The notes beneath the pieces were generated by a model. The model searched no databases. It was not told the DNA's origin and saw nothing but the letters and a program-made list of their open reading frames with translations. From a virus, in IMG/VR virus record IMGVR_UViG_3300044632_001218: a DNA stretch of 64,000 bases; one strand, written 5' to 3'. A program made the position numbers and the translations under genes. Positions 46,794 to 57,009 of this stretch are shown in pieces; the first letter of the stretch is position 1, and every line of letters starts with the position of its first letter.

Positions 46794-49631
46794 ATGGCTT
46801 CACAAGATAGATATTTTGTAGTTAAGAAAGGAATAGGAGTAGGGTCTGAAGCATTATATGCTGATGGTGCTTCTAAAAGAGTTGCTATTGGTAAAACAAC
46901 AGCAAACTATCCTCTTGATGTAGTAGGAGATATAAATGCAAGTGATTCTGTTTATGCGCAAACTGCAGTTGCTATTGGAACAAATTTAAATTATCAGCAA
47001 CTTGATGTAATAGGTTCTGCATATATTCAGAATAATATCGGTATTGGTACAACAAACCCAACTCAAGTTGTTCAGGTTGGAGTTGCTGCATCACAATCAG
47101 TTGTAGTTACAGGAATTGGTTCTGTTGGTGTAGGAACTCTTACACCTTTTTATAAGTTAGATGTTTTTGGTAATGCAAGAGTTACTGGACTTGCCACAAT
47201 TAGTCAAGTTTATGCTGGCATTGCCACTATTGGTATTGCTTCTATTTCGCAAGAACGTGTAGGATTATCTACAGTATCTACTGCTAATATTCAAGAAGAA
47301 ACAGTAGGAATATCAACCATTGGCAATCTGAATGTCACTGGAATCACCACAACAGCATTACTTGATGTAGGTATTGGTGGGACAATTGTAAAGGCAGCAA
47401 ACTTTGCAATCAGCACTACAACCACTTCAAGTGGTGGTGTCAAAACTATCAAACCTTTAGTTGGTATTGGTACTGAAATTGCAACAAGCACATTAGATGT
47501 TGCTGGTGATATCAGAATCAGAGGAGAAGTATTAGATGCTAACAATAATGTAGGATTTGCTTATTCCGTTTTAGCATCTGATGGAAATGGTAAGGCAGTT
47601 TGGAATCCTCCTGGCGCAAGAATTGGAAATCAGTATTTTGTAAACAAGTTTGGTGATGATGATAACTTTGGTAGAAGTCCTGGTGATGCATTCTTGACCA
47701 TCAAAAAAGCATGTTCAGTTGCACATCCTGGAGACACAATCAAAGTATTTGCTGGACTTTATACTGAAGATGGTCCTATTCAGGTCCCAGAGAGAGTTGC
47801 TATTGTTGGAGAAGATTTGAGAAGAGTATTGGTTACAACATCAGGACAAACTGATTTGTATCATGTTAGAAGAGGTTGTTATATTTCTGGTCAATCATTT
47901 GTTGGTCCAGCAAATCCAAATGCAATAGTTTCATTCCCAACACAGGGTAATGGATATGCTAATGGAACAGAAGAAGATTGGCAGTCTCCATATGTACAGA
48001 ACTGTACAAACTTTGTTCCAAATAGCGTTGGAATGAGAATTGATGGTAATAGAGCTGGTGGTTTCAAATCAATGGTTCTTGATGCTTTTACTCAATATAA
48101 TCAAGGTGGTATTGGAGTTTCCATTACTAATTTTGGATATGCTCAGTTAGTTTCACTCTTTACTATTTGCTGTGACATTGCAGTATATTGTGACAGTGGT
48201 GGTGTTTGTGACCTTAATAACTCAAACTCCTCATTTGGTAATTTTGGATTAGTTTCTGATGGTGTTACGCCACTTCAATATATTGGAACAGTTTTAGAAA
48301 CTCCAACTGCAGAAAATGTTGATAGTTTAGTCATCAATGTTGGAGTAGGTGCATCTCAAGAGTTTATTGATACTGTTGAATTATTGAGAGAAAACAAAGA
48401 ATTTATTGCAACAGAAGCAGTAGGATTTCTTACTAGCACTTCTGGTCCTTATGGTGCAAATGGTCCAAACTTTGATTATGGTGGTTCAACTGTTGGTAGG
48501 TCTAAGTGCATTAGAGATGGTCAGATTATTATAGAATCTATTTGTTCTGATATTCTAACTCTTGGAAATGCAAATTCAATCAATGCAGGATTAGCATATA
48601 GAGATTCAGTAGGTGGAACACTTACATATCTCAATGAAACTGTTCCCCCACCAACAGGATTTAGTACTGGATATGTAAAAGATGGTGAAGTTGCCATAGT
48701 CAATTATATTGCTGGTATTTCCACATATGTTGCCAACAACTTAATTTTACCAAATAGTTATCAAAGTGGTGTTGGTTCAGTTGCTCAAACTATTGATTTA
48801 ACAAAGACATACTCACCTTTGGTTAAACCTTTCATCACCAGTAAAGCGGGTATTATTACAAGTATTGTTGGGATTGGAACTTCTGCTGCTCCAGCATTAG
48901 AACTTCCAAAAGGTCAAAGACCTTATGATGGTCAAGTTGCAATTATTGATACTCAATATTACTTTATCAGTAGAATTAATATTGATTTTCCTGGTATAGG
49001 ATATGACCCTAATGTTCCAGTAGAGGTTACAATTGATTTACCTCCAGATAGTGATTTCTTTATTCCTGCAGAAGCTGCAGTTTTTGAATCAGATATTAAT
49101 GATGATGGCACAATTAACAATGTTTCCATCCTCGTTTCTGGAACTGGATATACAGTAACACCACCAACAGTAACTATTTCTCCTCCTCCTGGTTCTGGAA
49201 CTAATGCACAAGCAAGTGCAGTAATGGAAAAATATTACTTCAATCCAGTTGTCTCAACACCTGTTTCTATTGGTGGTACAACAACAGTAACATTTGATGA
49301 GTTTATTACATATCCTGTAAGTGCTGGTTCTACTGTTCATTTCTTCCAATCCAGTAAAATTATTGCCAGTTCTATTACATTTGAATATATAGGAACAGGA
49401 ACTACTATAACTCAAGCTGTTCCATCTAAAGGTGCTGTTCCTATAGATGATAATCAGGTGATCGCTACAAATGGAGGAAAAGTTCCATTTACTAGCACAG
49501 ACCAAAGTGGAGACTTTAGAATTAGCAAAGGTATTACAATCAATCAAAATACTGGAACTATCAGTGGTCAGGCATTTAGTAAGAGCTTACAAGCAGAAGT
49601 TACCCCATTAATTATTGCCCTTCAACAATAA
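46794..49631 (+). CDS. Tail fibre/spike with pectin-lyase-like beta-helix
   Basis: GIGTTNP repeats; YFVNKFGDD.N.G.SPGDAFLTIKKA; SMVLDAFTQYNQGG.G. Confidence 0.75.
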   Translation: MASQDRYFVVKKGIGVGSEALYADGASKRVAIGKTTANYPLDVVGDINASDSVYAQTAVAIGTNLNYQQLDVIGSAYIQNNIGIGTTNPTQVVQVGVAASQSVVVTGIGSVGVGTLTPFYKLDVFGNARVTGLATISQVYAGIATIGIASISQERVGLSTVSTANIQEETVGISTIGNLNVTGITTTALLDVGIGGTIVKAANFAISTTTTSSGGVKTIKPLVGIGTEIATSTLDVAGDIRIRGEVLDANNNVGFAYSVLASDGNGKAVWNPPGARIGNQYFVNKFGDDDNFGRSPGDAFLTIKKACSVAHPGDTIKVFAGLYTEDGPIQVPERVAIVGEDLRRVLVTTSGQTDLYHVRRGCYISGQSFVGPANPNAIVSFPTQGNGYANGTEEDWQSPYVQNCTNFVPNSVGMRIDGNRAGGFKSMVLDAFTQYNQGGIGVSITNFGYAQLVSLFTICCDIAVYCDSGGVCDLNNSNSSFGNFGLVSDGVTPLQYIGTVLETPTAENVDSLVINVGVGASQEFIDTVELLRENKEFIATEAVGFLTSTSGPYGANGPNFDYGGSTVGRSKCIRDGQIIIESICSDILTLGNANSINAGLAYRDSVGGTLTYLNETVPPPTGFSTGYVKDGEVAIVNYIAGISTYVANNLILPNSYQSGVGSVAQTIDLTKTYSPLVKPFITSKAGIITSIVGIGTSAAPALELPKGQRPYDGQVAIIDTQYYFISRINIDFPGIGYDPNVPVEVTIDLPPDSDFFIPAEAAVFESDINDDGTINNVSILVSGTGYTVTPPTVTISPPPGSGTNAQASAVMEKYYFNPVVSTPVSIGGTTTVTFDEFITYPVSAGSTVHFFQSSKIIASSITFEYIGTGTTITQAVPSKGAVPIDDNQVIATNGGKVPFTSTDQSGDFRISKGITINQNTGTISGQAFSKSLQAEVTPLIIALQQ

Positions 49632-49637
49632 CCAATT

Positions 49638-50018
49638 ATGGCTTTACAACCTTTAAATCAATATAAAACAGTAGTGGGAGTAGTAAGCACTACTGATACA
49701 GAAATCTATAGAACTAAAACTGGTTACACCAGCATTGTTTTGTATGCACAAGTAGCAAACACTGGTGTTGGGGTTGGAACGGTTACTTTTGTTCATCAGA
49801 GAGAAACAAGAGGTCAATCTGGCATCACTACAGGAACTACAGAACTCATTGTGGGAGGATTAGTTCCAGATAATGATGCCTTGATTTTGTTGGATGGTAG
49901 ATTAGTTTTAGAGAAAACTGCTTTAAAAACAGATAGCATTAGAATGGTTGGTGTTTCGTCAACAACTCCAAATACTTTAAAGTATACAGTTAGTATTTTG
50001 GAGACTCTTAATCAGTGA
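49638..50018 (+). CDS. Small structural/accessory protein
   Basis: MALQPLNQYKTV...IVLYAQVAN...SILETLN. Confidence 0.7.
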   Translation: MALQPLNQYKTVVGVVSTTDTEIYRTKTGYTSIVLYAQVANTGVGVGTVTFVHQRETRGQSGITTGTTELIVGGLVPDNDALILLDGRLVLEKTALKTDSIRMVGVSSTTPNTLKYTVSILETLNQ

Positions 50019-50051
50019 TAAATAACCTTATATAGGGGGATAGTGGAACCC
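50018..50051 (+). promoter_or_regulatory. Late promoter plus conserved leader motif, copy 2
   Basis: ATAAATAACCTTATATAGGGGGATAGTGGAACCC. Confidence 0.7.
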
Positions 50052-50055
50052 AAGT

Positions 50056-53000
50056 ATGGCTAAGTATTTAAGTAGAAGAGTACCAACAACTCCAGCAGCA
50101 AAACTACCAGCAAGTAGATACGATTTTTTAAGGATTGCTGATGCTGAGCCTAACTTAGGACAACCTCCTGGCGATGGTAATGTACCTATTGGAACGCAAT
50201 ATTTTCCTGTAAGTGTTCCTGGATATCCCCAAAGATATTGGATTCCTGTTCCACCTGCAGTATTTTCTCAAGGTATTACAGTTAGAGATGAAGGAACCAT
50301 TGTAGGTGTTGCAGGTTCTATTTCTCAACTGAATTTTGTTGGTCTTGGTGTAGTAGCAACTGCTGATGCAGCTATTGGCATTGCCACTATTACAATTTCC
50401 AACCCTCCTATATTAGAACCCACTGATTCTAGAGTAAGATATTTAGGATTTACTAGCGAAAGAGCTGGTGCTGCTTTAACTTCTTTTGAAATTGCACCAT
50501 CATCTTTAGTTTTTGTTCCAAGTAGTGGAAATCTGGGGATTGCTAATACTCAGCCAGCTTATCCAGTAGATATTAATGCTAATGTAAGAATTAGTGCAGA
50601 CATTGTTAATAGAGATGGTATAACTGGTACATATGCAGAAGTATTAACATCTCTTGGACCAGGATTAGGGTTTACTTGGGCATATGCTTCAGGACCTCTT
50701 GGACCTCAAGGATTTCAAGGTCTTCAAGGTCCTCAAGGACCTATTGGTCCACAAGGATTTCAAGGACCTCAAGGACCTCAAGGAGCACAAGGTGATATAG
50801 GTCCTCAGGGTTCTATAGGACCTCAAGGTTCAATTGGACCTCAAGGAGCACAAGGTGATATAGGACCTCAGGGTTCTATTGGACCTCAAGGTGCACAAGG
50901 AGCACAAGGATCTCAAGGATTTCAGGGTCCTCAAGGAGCACAAGGTGCTGCAGGGGCTCAAGGAACTGCAGGTGCTCAAGGTTCTATAGGACCTCAAGGT
51001 GCACAAGGAGTACAAGGATCTCAAGGATTTCAGGGTCCTCAAGGAGCACAAGGAACTGCAGGTGCACAAGGAACTGCAGGTGCACAAGGTTTCATAGGAC
51101 CTCAAGGTGCTCAAGGTGCTAGTGGTGGTGTAGGAATATCAGGACCTCAAGGTGCTCAAGGGCCACAAGGAGGAATTGGACCTCAAGGACCTCAAGGAGT
51201 TGGACCACAAGGTGCACAAGGTCCTCAAGGATTTCAAGGTCCTCAAGGTTTTGTAGGTCCACAAGGTGCACAAGGACAATCTGGAACTTCTGTAACTATT
51301 GTAGGAAGCAAATCATTAACTGTTGGAATTGAAACATATCAATTAAATGAACAATTAAATTCTTGGTATCCTGCTCAAAATGGCAATGGTGTTCTTGACA
51401 ACAACTTAGGAAATCTTTGGGTTGCTGCTGTTGGACTTGCTACCACAAGTTGGACTAATGTTGGACAAATTAGAGGACCTATTGGACCACAAGGTTCCAT
51501 TGGACCACAAGGAGCACAAGGAAATACAGGTGCTCAGGGTGCTGTAGGTTCTCAAGGTTCTTCAGGAGCTCAAGGTGCTGCAGGTGCACAAGGTGTTCAA
51601 GGTCTTCAGGGGTTTGGACCTCAAGGTGCTGTAGGTGCTCAAGGTACTGCAGGTGCTCAAGGTGCTGCAGGTGCTCAAGGTGCTGCAGGAGCACAGGGAT
51701 CTACAGGATCTACAGGTGCTCAAGGTTCTGCAGGAGCACAAGGTGCTACAGGATCTACAGGTGCTCAAGGTGCTCAAGGAACTGCAGGTGCACAAGGAAC
51801 TGCAGGTGCTCAAGGAACTGCAGGTGCTCAAGGAACTGCAGGTGCTCAAGGTATATCAGGGGCTCAAGGTTCTACAGGTGCTCAAGGAGCACAAGGTGTT
51901 GCAGGTGCTCAAGGTTCTGCAGGTTCTGCAGGTGCTCAAGGCACTACAGGTTCTACAGGAGCACAGGGAGCTACAGGTGCTCAGGGTACTCAAGGTTCAG
52001 TGGGAGTACAAGGCCCACAAGGATCTCAAGGTCTTACAGGACCTCAAGGATCTCCTGGAATTACAGGTGCTCAAGGATTTCAGGGAATAATTGGACCTCA
52101 AGGTTCACAAGGATTCCAAGGTTTACAAGGACCACAAGGTGCTCAAGGATTTCAGGGAGTTAGAGGTCCTCAAGGTCCACAAGGATTCCAAGGTCCACAA
52201 GGAGTACAAGGTCCACAAGGAACTGGACCACAAGGTGCTCAAGGATTCCAAGGTCCACAAGGAGTACAAGGTCCACAAGGAACTGGACCACAAGGTGCTC
52301 AAGGATTCCAAGGAAATACAGGACTTCAAGGGCCACAAGGTGCTCAAGGATTCCAAGGTCTTCAAGGATTCCAAGGTCCACAAGGATTCCAAGGTCCACA
52401 AGGAACTGGACCTCAAGGTCCACAAGGTGCTCAAGGTCCACAGGGAAGAGTTGGACCTCAAGGTGCTCAAGGTTCTAGTGGTGCTGTAGGAACAGCAGGA
52501 CCTCAAGGTGCTCAAGGTCCACAGGGAAGAGTTGGTCCTCAAGGTGCTCAAGGTTCAATAGGACCTCAAGGTTCTCAAGGTGTTCAAGGAAATTCTGGTT
52601 CTTTAGGACCACAAGGTATAAGAGGACCTCAAGGTTCTACAGGAGCACAGGGTTCTCAAGGATTCCAGGGACCTCAAGGGCCTCAAGGTGCACAAGGACC
52701 TCAAGGTGCACAAGGTGCTACTGGAACTTCTATAACTATTGTAGGAAGTAAGGCGTTAACTGTTGGTATTGAAACATATCAACTGAATGAGGATGTAAAT
52801 TCTTGGTATCCTGCACAATCTGGAGATGGTGTTCTTGATATTAATTTAGGTAATTTGTGGGTTGCAACAGTTGGTATCGCCACTACAAGTTGGGGTAATG
52901 TTGGTCAAATTAGAGGACCTGTTGGACCACAAGGCGTAAGAGGACCACAAGGACCACAAGGACCACAAGGTGCTCAAGGTACTGCAGGTGCTCAAGGTGC

Positions 53001-53934
53001 TCAAGGAGCTAGAGGACCTCAAGGTGCACAAGGTGTTCAAGGACTTCAAGGTTTTGGACCTCAAGGTGCACAAGGAGCACAAGGTGCACAAGGTACTACA
53101 GGTTCTACAGGTGCTCAAGGAGCACAAGGACTTAGAGGACCTCAAGGTGCACAAGGTGCTCAAGGTCCTCAAGGAACTGGACCTCAAGGAACACCAGGAC
53201 CTCAAGGTGCACAGGGAGCTACAGGTTCTCAAGGGGCACTGGGTTTAAGAGGACCTCAAGGTGCTCAAGGTTCTTCTGGTATTGGGGTTGATGGTGCTCA
53301 AGGTTCTCAAGGTTCAAGAGGACCTCAAGGTGCACAAGGTGCTGCAGGCACTACAGGTGCTCAGGGTGCTGCAGGTGCACAAGGTGCTACAGGTTCTACA
53401 GGTGCTCAAGGTTCTCAAGGTCCTCAAGGAATTGGACCTCAAGGTGCTCAAGGTGCTACAGGCCCATCAACTGAAATAAATGCTACAAATACAACAACAA
53501 ATGATACATATTATCCAGTATTTGTAGCTGCTGCTGGGTTTAATCAAACCGCAAGAGTAAGAACTACAGCAACTGCATTTTCATTTAATGCCTCTACTGG
53601 AGACCTTGTAGTTGGTGGTACAGTCAGTGCATCTTCTGATGAAAAATTAAAAACTGATATTTCTGTTATAACAGATGCATTAGATAAAGTATTAAAACTG
53701 AGGGGTGTTGAATTTACATATAAAGAGCATGGTGGCAAATCTATTGGATTTATTGCACAAGAAGTTGAAAAGATAATTCCAGAATTGGTGACAAACCAAT
53801 TAGATTCTAATAATGAAATATTTAAGACTGTTGCTTATCAAAACTTTGTTGCTATTCTTGTAGAAGCAATAAAAGAATTGAAGCAAGAGATTAATGAATT
53901 GAACAAAAAAATAGAAGATTTATCTCAACCATAA
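50056..53934 (+). CDS. Collagen-like tail fibre with C-terminal S74 chaperone
   Basis: Long Gly-X-Gln run; SDEKLKTDI, LDKVLKLRGV, GFIAQEVEKIIPELV. Confidence 0.9.
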   Translation: MAKYLSRRVPTTPAAKLPASRYDFLRIADAEPNLGQPPGDGNVPIGTQYFPVSVPGYPQRYWIPVPPAVFSQGITVRDEGTIVGVAGSISQLNFVGLGVVATADAAIGIATITISNPPILEPTDSRVRYLGFTSERAGAALTSFEIAPSSLVFVPSSGNLGIANTQPAYPVDINANVRISADIVNRDGITGTYAEVLTSLGPGLGFTWAYASGPLGPQGFQGLQGPQGPIGPQGFQGPQGPQGAQGDIGPQGSIGPQGSIGPQGAQGDIGPQGSIGPQGAQGAQGSQGFQGPQGAQGAAGAQGTAGAQGSIGPQGAQGVQGSQGFQGPQGAQGTAGAQGTAGAQGFIGPQGAQGASGGVGISGPQGAQGPQGGIGPQGPQGVGPQGAQGPQGFQGPQGFVGPQGAQGQSGTSVTIVGSKSLTVGIETYQLNEQLNSWYPAQNGNGVLDNNLGNLWVAAVGLATTSWTNVGQIRGPIGPQGSIGPQGAQGNTGAQGAVGSQGSSGAQGAAGAQGVQGLQGFGPQGAVGAQGTAGAQGAAGAQGAAGAQGSTGSTGAQGSAGAQGATGSTGAQGAQGTAGAQGTAGAQGTAGAQGTAGAQGISGAQGSTGAQGAQGVAGAQGSAGSAGAQGTTGSTGAQGATGAQGTQGSVGVQGPQGSQGLTGPQGSPGITGAQGFQGIIGPQGSQGFQGLQGPQGAQGFQGVRGPQGPQGFQGPQGVQGPQGTGPQGAQGFQGPQGVQGPQGTGPQGAQGFQGNTGLQGPQGAQGFQGLQGFQGPQGFQGPQGTGPQGPQGAQGPQGRVGPQGAQGSSGAVGTAGPQGAQGPQGRVGPQGAQGSIGPQGSQGVQGNSGSLGPQGIRGPQGSTGAQGSQGFQGPQGPQGAQGPQGAQGATGTSITIVGSKALTVGIETYQLNEDVNSWYPAQSGDGVLDINLGNLWVATVGIATTSWGNVGQIRGPVGPQGVRGPQGPQGPQGAQGTAGAQGAQGARGPQGAQGVQGLQGFGPQGAQGAQGAQGTTGSTGAQGAQGLRGPQGAQGAQGPQGTGPQGTPGPQGAQGATGSQGALGLRGPQGAQGSSGIGVDGAQGSQGSRGPQGAQGAAGTTGAQGAAGAQGATGSTGAQGSQGPQGIGPQGAQGATGPSTEINATNTTTNDTYYPVFVAAAGFNQTARVRTTATAFSFNASTGDLVVGGTVSASSDEKLKTDISVITDALDKVLKLRGVEFTYKEHGGKSIGFIAQEVEKIIPELVTNQLDSNNEIFKTVAYQNFVAILVEAIKELKQEINELNKKIEDLSQP
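50692..53466 (+). repeat. Collagen Gly-X-Gln repeat with two 66-aa non-collagen inserts
   Basis: GGWNNNCAA triplets; inserts at 51283-51480 and 52723-52920; perfect 60-bp tandem at 52181-52313. Confidence 0.95.
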
Positions 53935-53951
53935 ATAATTAAAAAACTGAA

Positions 53952-54281
53952 ATGGCAGTACCATCAGTTAACATAGTCATAGAAAAAAACACTGACTTTT
54001 CAACTAATTTTAAGTTGAAAAAGGATGGTGCTCTTCTTGATTTGTCTTCGTATACATTTACATCCAAATTACGTAAACACTATACAGCATCATCATCTTA
54101 TAATTTTACAGTGACTCCAATAGCACCATTGACAAGTGGAATTGTTAGAATTGGAATGGCGAGTACAATCACTGCAACTATTCCAAGTGGAAGGTATGTT
54201 TATGATGTCTTGGCAACTTCTTCTGGAACAACTATAAAAGTTATTGAAGGAACTGTAATAGTCAAAGGAACTGCAACATAA
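53952..54281 (+). CDS. Small Ig-like (BppU-N-like) structural protein
   Basis: NIVIEKNTDF...LDLS.YT....RK...S, GRYVYDV, EG.V.V. Confidence 0.65.
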   Translation: MAVPSVNIVIEKNTDFSTNFKLKKDGALLDLSSYTFTSKLRKHYTASSSYNFTVTPIAPLTSGIVRIGMASTITATIPSGRYVYDVLATSSGTTIKVIEGTVIVKGTAT

Positions 54282-54595
54282 TGGATATAGAAGTGGAGGT
54301 TATATCATCATCTTTTGATGTTAGTTTTGATTTATCCCAAACCATAGATGTAGATACTAACGTGGCAGCAACAAGATTAGAAGATTTAATAAATTTTGAT
54401 GGAAGTAATAAAAATGACCAATATGTTATTATGTACAATTCTTCCACACAAAAATATGAATTAGTTAACCCAGACAAAGTTTTGTCTTCTGCTGCTGTAG
54501 ATGAACCTATTCAACCAGGATTGCCTAATGATTTTGTAGATGAATTGGATGTTGACTTGGATGATAGAATTGATTTGGATGCTGGCAACTTTTAA
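54281..54595 (+). CDS. Acidic hypothetical structural protein
   Basis: L.DL.., YN...KYE, ends LDAGNF. Confidence 0.65.
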   Translation: MDIEVEVISSSFDVSFDLSQTIDVDTNVAATRLEDLINFDGSNKNDQYVIMYNSSTQKYELVNPDKVLSSAAVDEPIQPGLPNDFVDELDVDLDDRIDLDAGNF

Positions 54596-54626
54596 ATAAT
54601 AAATAGAAAAAAGAGAACTGAGAATC

Positions 54627-56822
54627 ATGCCAGCACCAGTTTTACAGGTAAAAAGGGGTGCTTTATCAAATCTGCCAGGTTTAAGAGCAGGTGAACCAGC
54701 CTTTACTACAGATACATTTGATTTTTATGTAGGTATTAACAGCACAACAAACAATAATAAGTTTGTAGGTTCCCATAGATATTGGACCAAAGAAACTGCT
54801 TCTAAAGGTAGTGGAATTAACCTTGTAGAAGCAACTGGAGGTTCAGATTTTATTACTCTTGCATCTCCAGCATCTGTTGGAGCTGCAGTTACTTATTATT
54901 TTCCTGCTACTCAGGGAATTAATGGTACAGTTTTAACTAATGATGGAAGTGGAAATCTTTCTTGGGGAAGTGGTTCTAATAATGCTATTTTTAGTGGCAT
55001 CACAACATTTTCAGATACCACTGACTCCACTGATAAAGACACTGGAGCAATTATTGTAGAAGGTGGTATTGGGGTAGAAAAGAGCGTTAATATTGGTGGA
55101 AATCTTAATGTCACTGGATTATCAACATTCAATGGATTAGTTGTTGGTAACAATGGCATTAATGTCTCTGGATTTTCGACAATTTATAATTTACATGTTA
55201 CTACTGGATTAAATGTTGGAGGAAAATTAGACCTTGATGGTGTTCTTGATGCTGGAAATGATGCAGTATTTGCAGGAATTACATCATTTACCAATCAAAC
55301 ACAATCAACAACCTATGATGATGGTGCAGTAGTTCTTGATGGTGGATTAGGAGTTCAAAAAAATGTTAATATTGGTGGAAATCTTGATGTTGCTGGAAAT
55401 GTCACTATTGGGGGAACCACCATTGTATTGCGTGGTCAAGATGTTTTCATTCAAAACAAAGATATTGTTTTAGGGTATACAACAAGTGTTACTGGACAAG
55501 ACATTTCTAATGATGACACAGCAAATCATGCTGGTGTTGCCATTGCATCGACAATAGGAAGTCCATTAGTTTCATTTGTTGCAACTGGAATTAATACTCT
55601 TCCAGATACTTATAAGCAAATGATGTGGTTCAAGAGTGGAACTCTTGGATTCTCTACTGATGCTTTTGCCTTTAACTATGGACTTGCCATTGGCACCACA
55701 ACAATGGCAAATGGTGTTCGTCTTGCTGTTGGTTCAGGCATTACAATGTCTGATGATTCCATTTCAGCAACTAATGGATACTTTACAAATATTTCAGCAT
55801 CTAATATTACTGGTACTGCATCAACTGCAACCAGAGCAACTACAGTAGATACAACAGGAACTTCATCTAATGCTGATTACTATGTAACTTTTGTTGATAC
55901 TCTCTCAGGTCAAACTGGTGAAACTTTAAGAGTTGGTGCAGGATTATCAGTCAATCCTTCTACTGGAGATGTAAAAGTTTCTAATTCTTTAAGTGTTACT
56001 AATAATGCAAACATAACTGGGATTGCAACTGTAGGAACATTTAAGTTAAGTGGAACTTCTGGTATTGGAATTACTGGTATTTCTGCAAGCACTGCACTTG
56101 TAGAAAATAGCAATAGTTACTTACCAACTCAAGCAGCAGTCAAGGCATATGTAGATGCTGTTGATGTAACTCTTGGTCTTAATGCTGATACTGGTGGCCC
56201 AAGTACAGTTAATACTTCACAAACACTGACTATCAGTGGAACTGCTAATGAAGTTAATACTTCAGTTTCTGGACAAACAGTCACTGTTGGACTTCCAGAT
56301 ACAGTTAATATTACAACTTTACTTGATGTCCCAACTATTGAAGTTACTGATGTTAAAGCAAAGGATGGAACTACCTCAATTACAATTACTAATGGGACAG
56401 GTGCAGTAGGATTTGCTAATAGTGTTACTATCAGTGGAGACTTATATGTTCTTGGAACAGCTACTGAAGTCAACACATCAACATTGAAAGTTGAGGATAC
56501 TTTAGTTGATTTAGGTCTTGTTAATGATAATGGTGTTCTTGTTCCCCCATCTTCAGATTTAAACCTTGATATTGGTATTTTACTTAATTGGTATAGTGGT
56601 TCTGCTAAGAAAGCATCACTGTATTGGGATGATAGTGCACAAAGAGTTGGTATTGCATCAGATGTAACTGAATCTACTGGAGTACTGACTGCAAATGCTT
56701 ATGCTGCAGTTGAAATTGGAGCACTTTGGGTCACTGATTGTGCAGGAACTTCACAAGTCATTTCTTGCACTGGTGCAGAAAGATTCTTAAATAACATTAC
56801 AGTCGATGCTGGAACTTTCTGA
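54627..56822 (+). CDS. Tail fibre protein with Mtd-N-like head
   Basis: VLQVKRG...LP.L.AGEPAFTTD...FYVG; GA.IV.GG.GV.K..N.GG repeats; ends VDAGTF. Confidence 0.75.
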   Translation: MPAPVLQVKRGALSNLPGLRAGEPAFTTDTFDFYVGINSTTNNNKFVGSHRYWTKETASKGSGINLVEATGGSDFITLASPASVGAAVTYYFPATQGINGTVLTNDGSGNLSWGSGSNNAIFSGITTFSDTTDSTDKDTGAIIVEGGIGVEKSVNIGGNLNVTGLSTFNGLVVGNNGINVSGFSTIYNLHVTTGLNVGGKLDLDGVLDAGNDAVFAGITSFTNQTQSTTYDDGAVVLDGGLGVQKNVNIGGNLDVAGNVTIGGTTIVLRGQDVFIQNKDIVLGYTTSVTGQDISNDDTANHAGVAIASTIGSPLVSFVATGINTLPDTYKQMMWFKSGTLGFSTDAFAFNYGLAIGTTTMANGVRLAVGSGITMSDDSISATNGYFTNISASNITGTASTATRATTVDTTGTSSNADYYVTFVDTLSGQTGETLRVGAGLSVNPSTGDVKVSNSLSVTNNANITGIATVGTFKLSGTSGIGITGISASTALVENSNSYLPTQAAVKAYVDAVDVTLGLNADTGGPSTVNTSQTLTISGTANEVNTSVSGQTVTVGLPDTVNITTLLDVPTIEVTDVKAKDGTTSITITNGTGAVGFANSVTISGDLYVLGTATEVNTSTLKVEDTLVDLGLVNDNGVLVPPSSDLNLDIGILLNWYSGSAKKASLYWDDSAQRVGIASDVTESTGVLTANAYAAVEIGALWVTDCAGTSQVISCTGAERFLNNITVDAGTF

Positions 56823-57007
56823 TGAATGATATTGATTATCAAGCTTTGTTATCTGCATATCAAAAAAAAGTTTCTGAACTTTCTAATCAAGTTGTAGTTT
56901 ATGAAGCTAAAATTAATTCTTTGTCATCTACTATAAGTGAATTGAATATTGAACTTGATAAACTAAAAAAATCCAAAACAAATGTAAAAAAGGAAAGTGA
57001 TTTTTAA
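56822..57007 (+). CDS. Small coiled-coil protein (possible fibre chaperone)
   Basis: Heptad pattern, TGATG coupling to the fibre gene. Confidence 0.6.
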   Translation: MNDIDYQALLSAYQKKVSELSNQVVVYEAKINSLSSTISELNIELDKLKKSKTNVKKESDF

Positions 57008-57009
57008 TT

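Noticed and set aside
50692-53466. CRISPR-like array
   Set aside because: Repeats are 9-nt in-frame coding units with no unique spacers, and no cas genes are present
50830-53479. Many alternative-frame and antisense ORFs (LKVLQVLK..., CSSLCT..., LEHLVDL...)
   Set aside because: Shadows of the Gly-X-Gln collagen codon repeat, which lacks stops in other frames; no SD and low complexity
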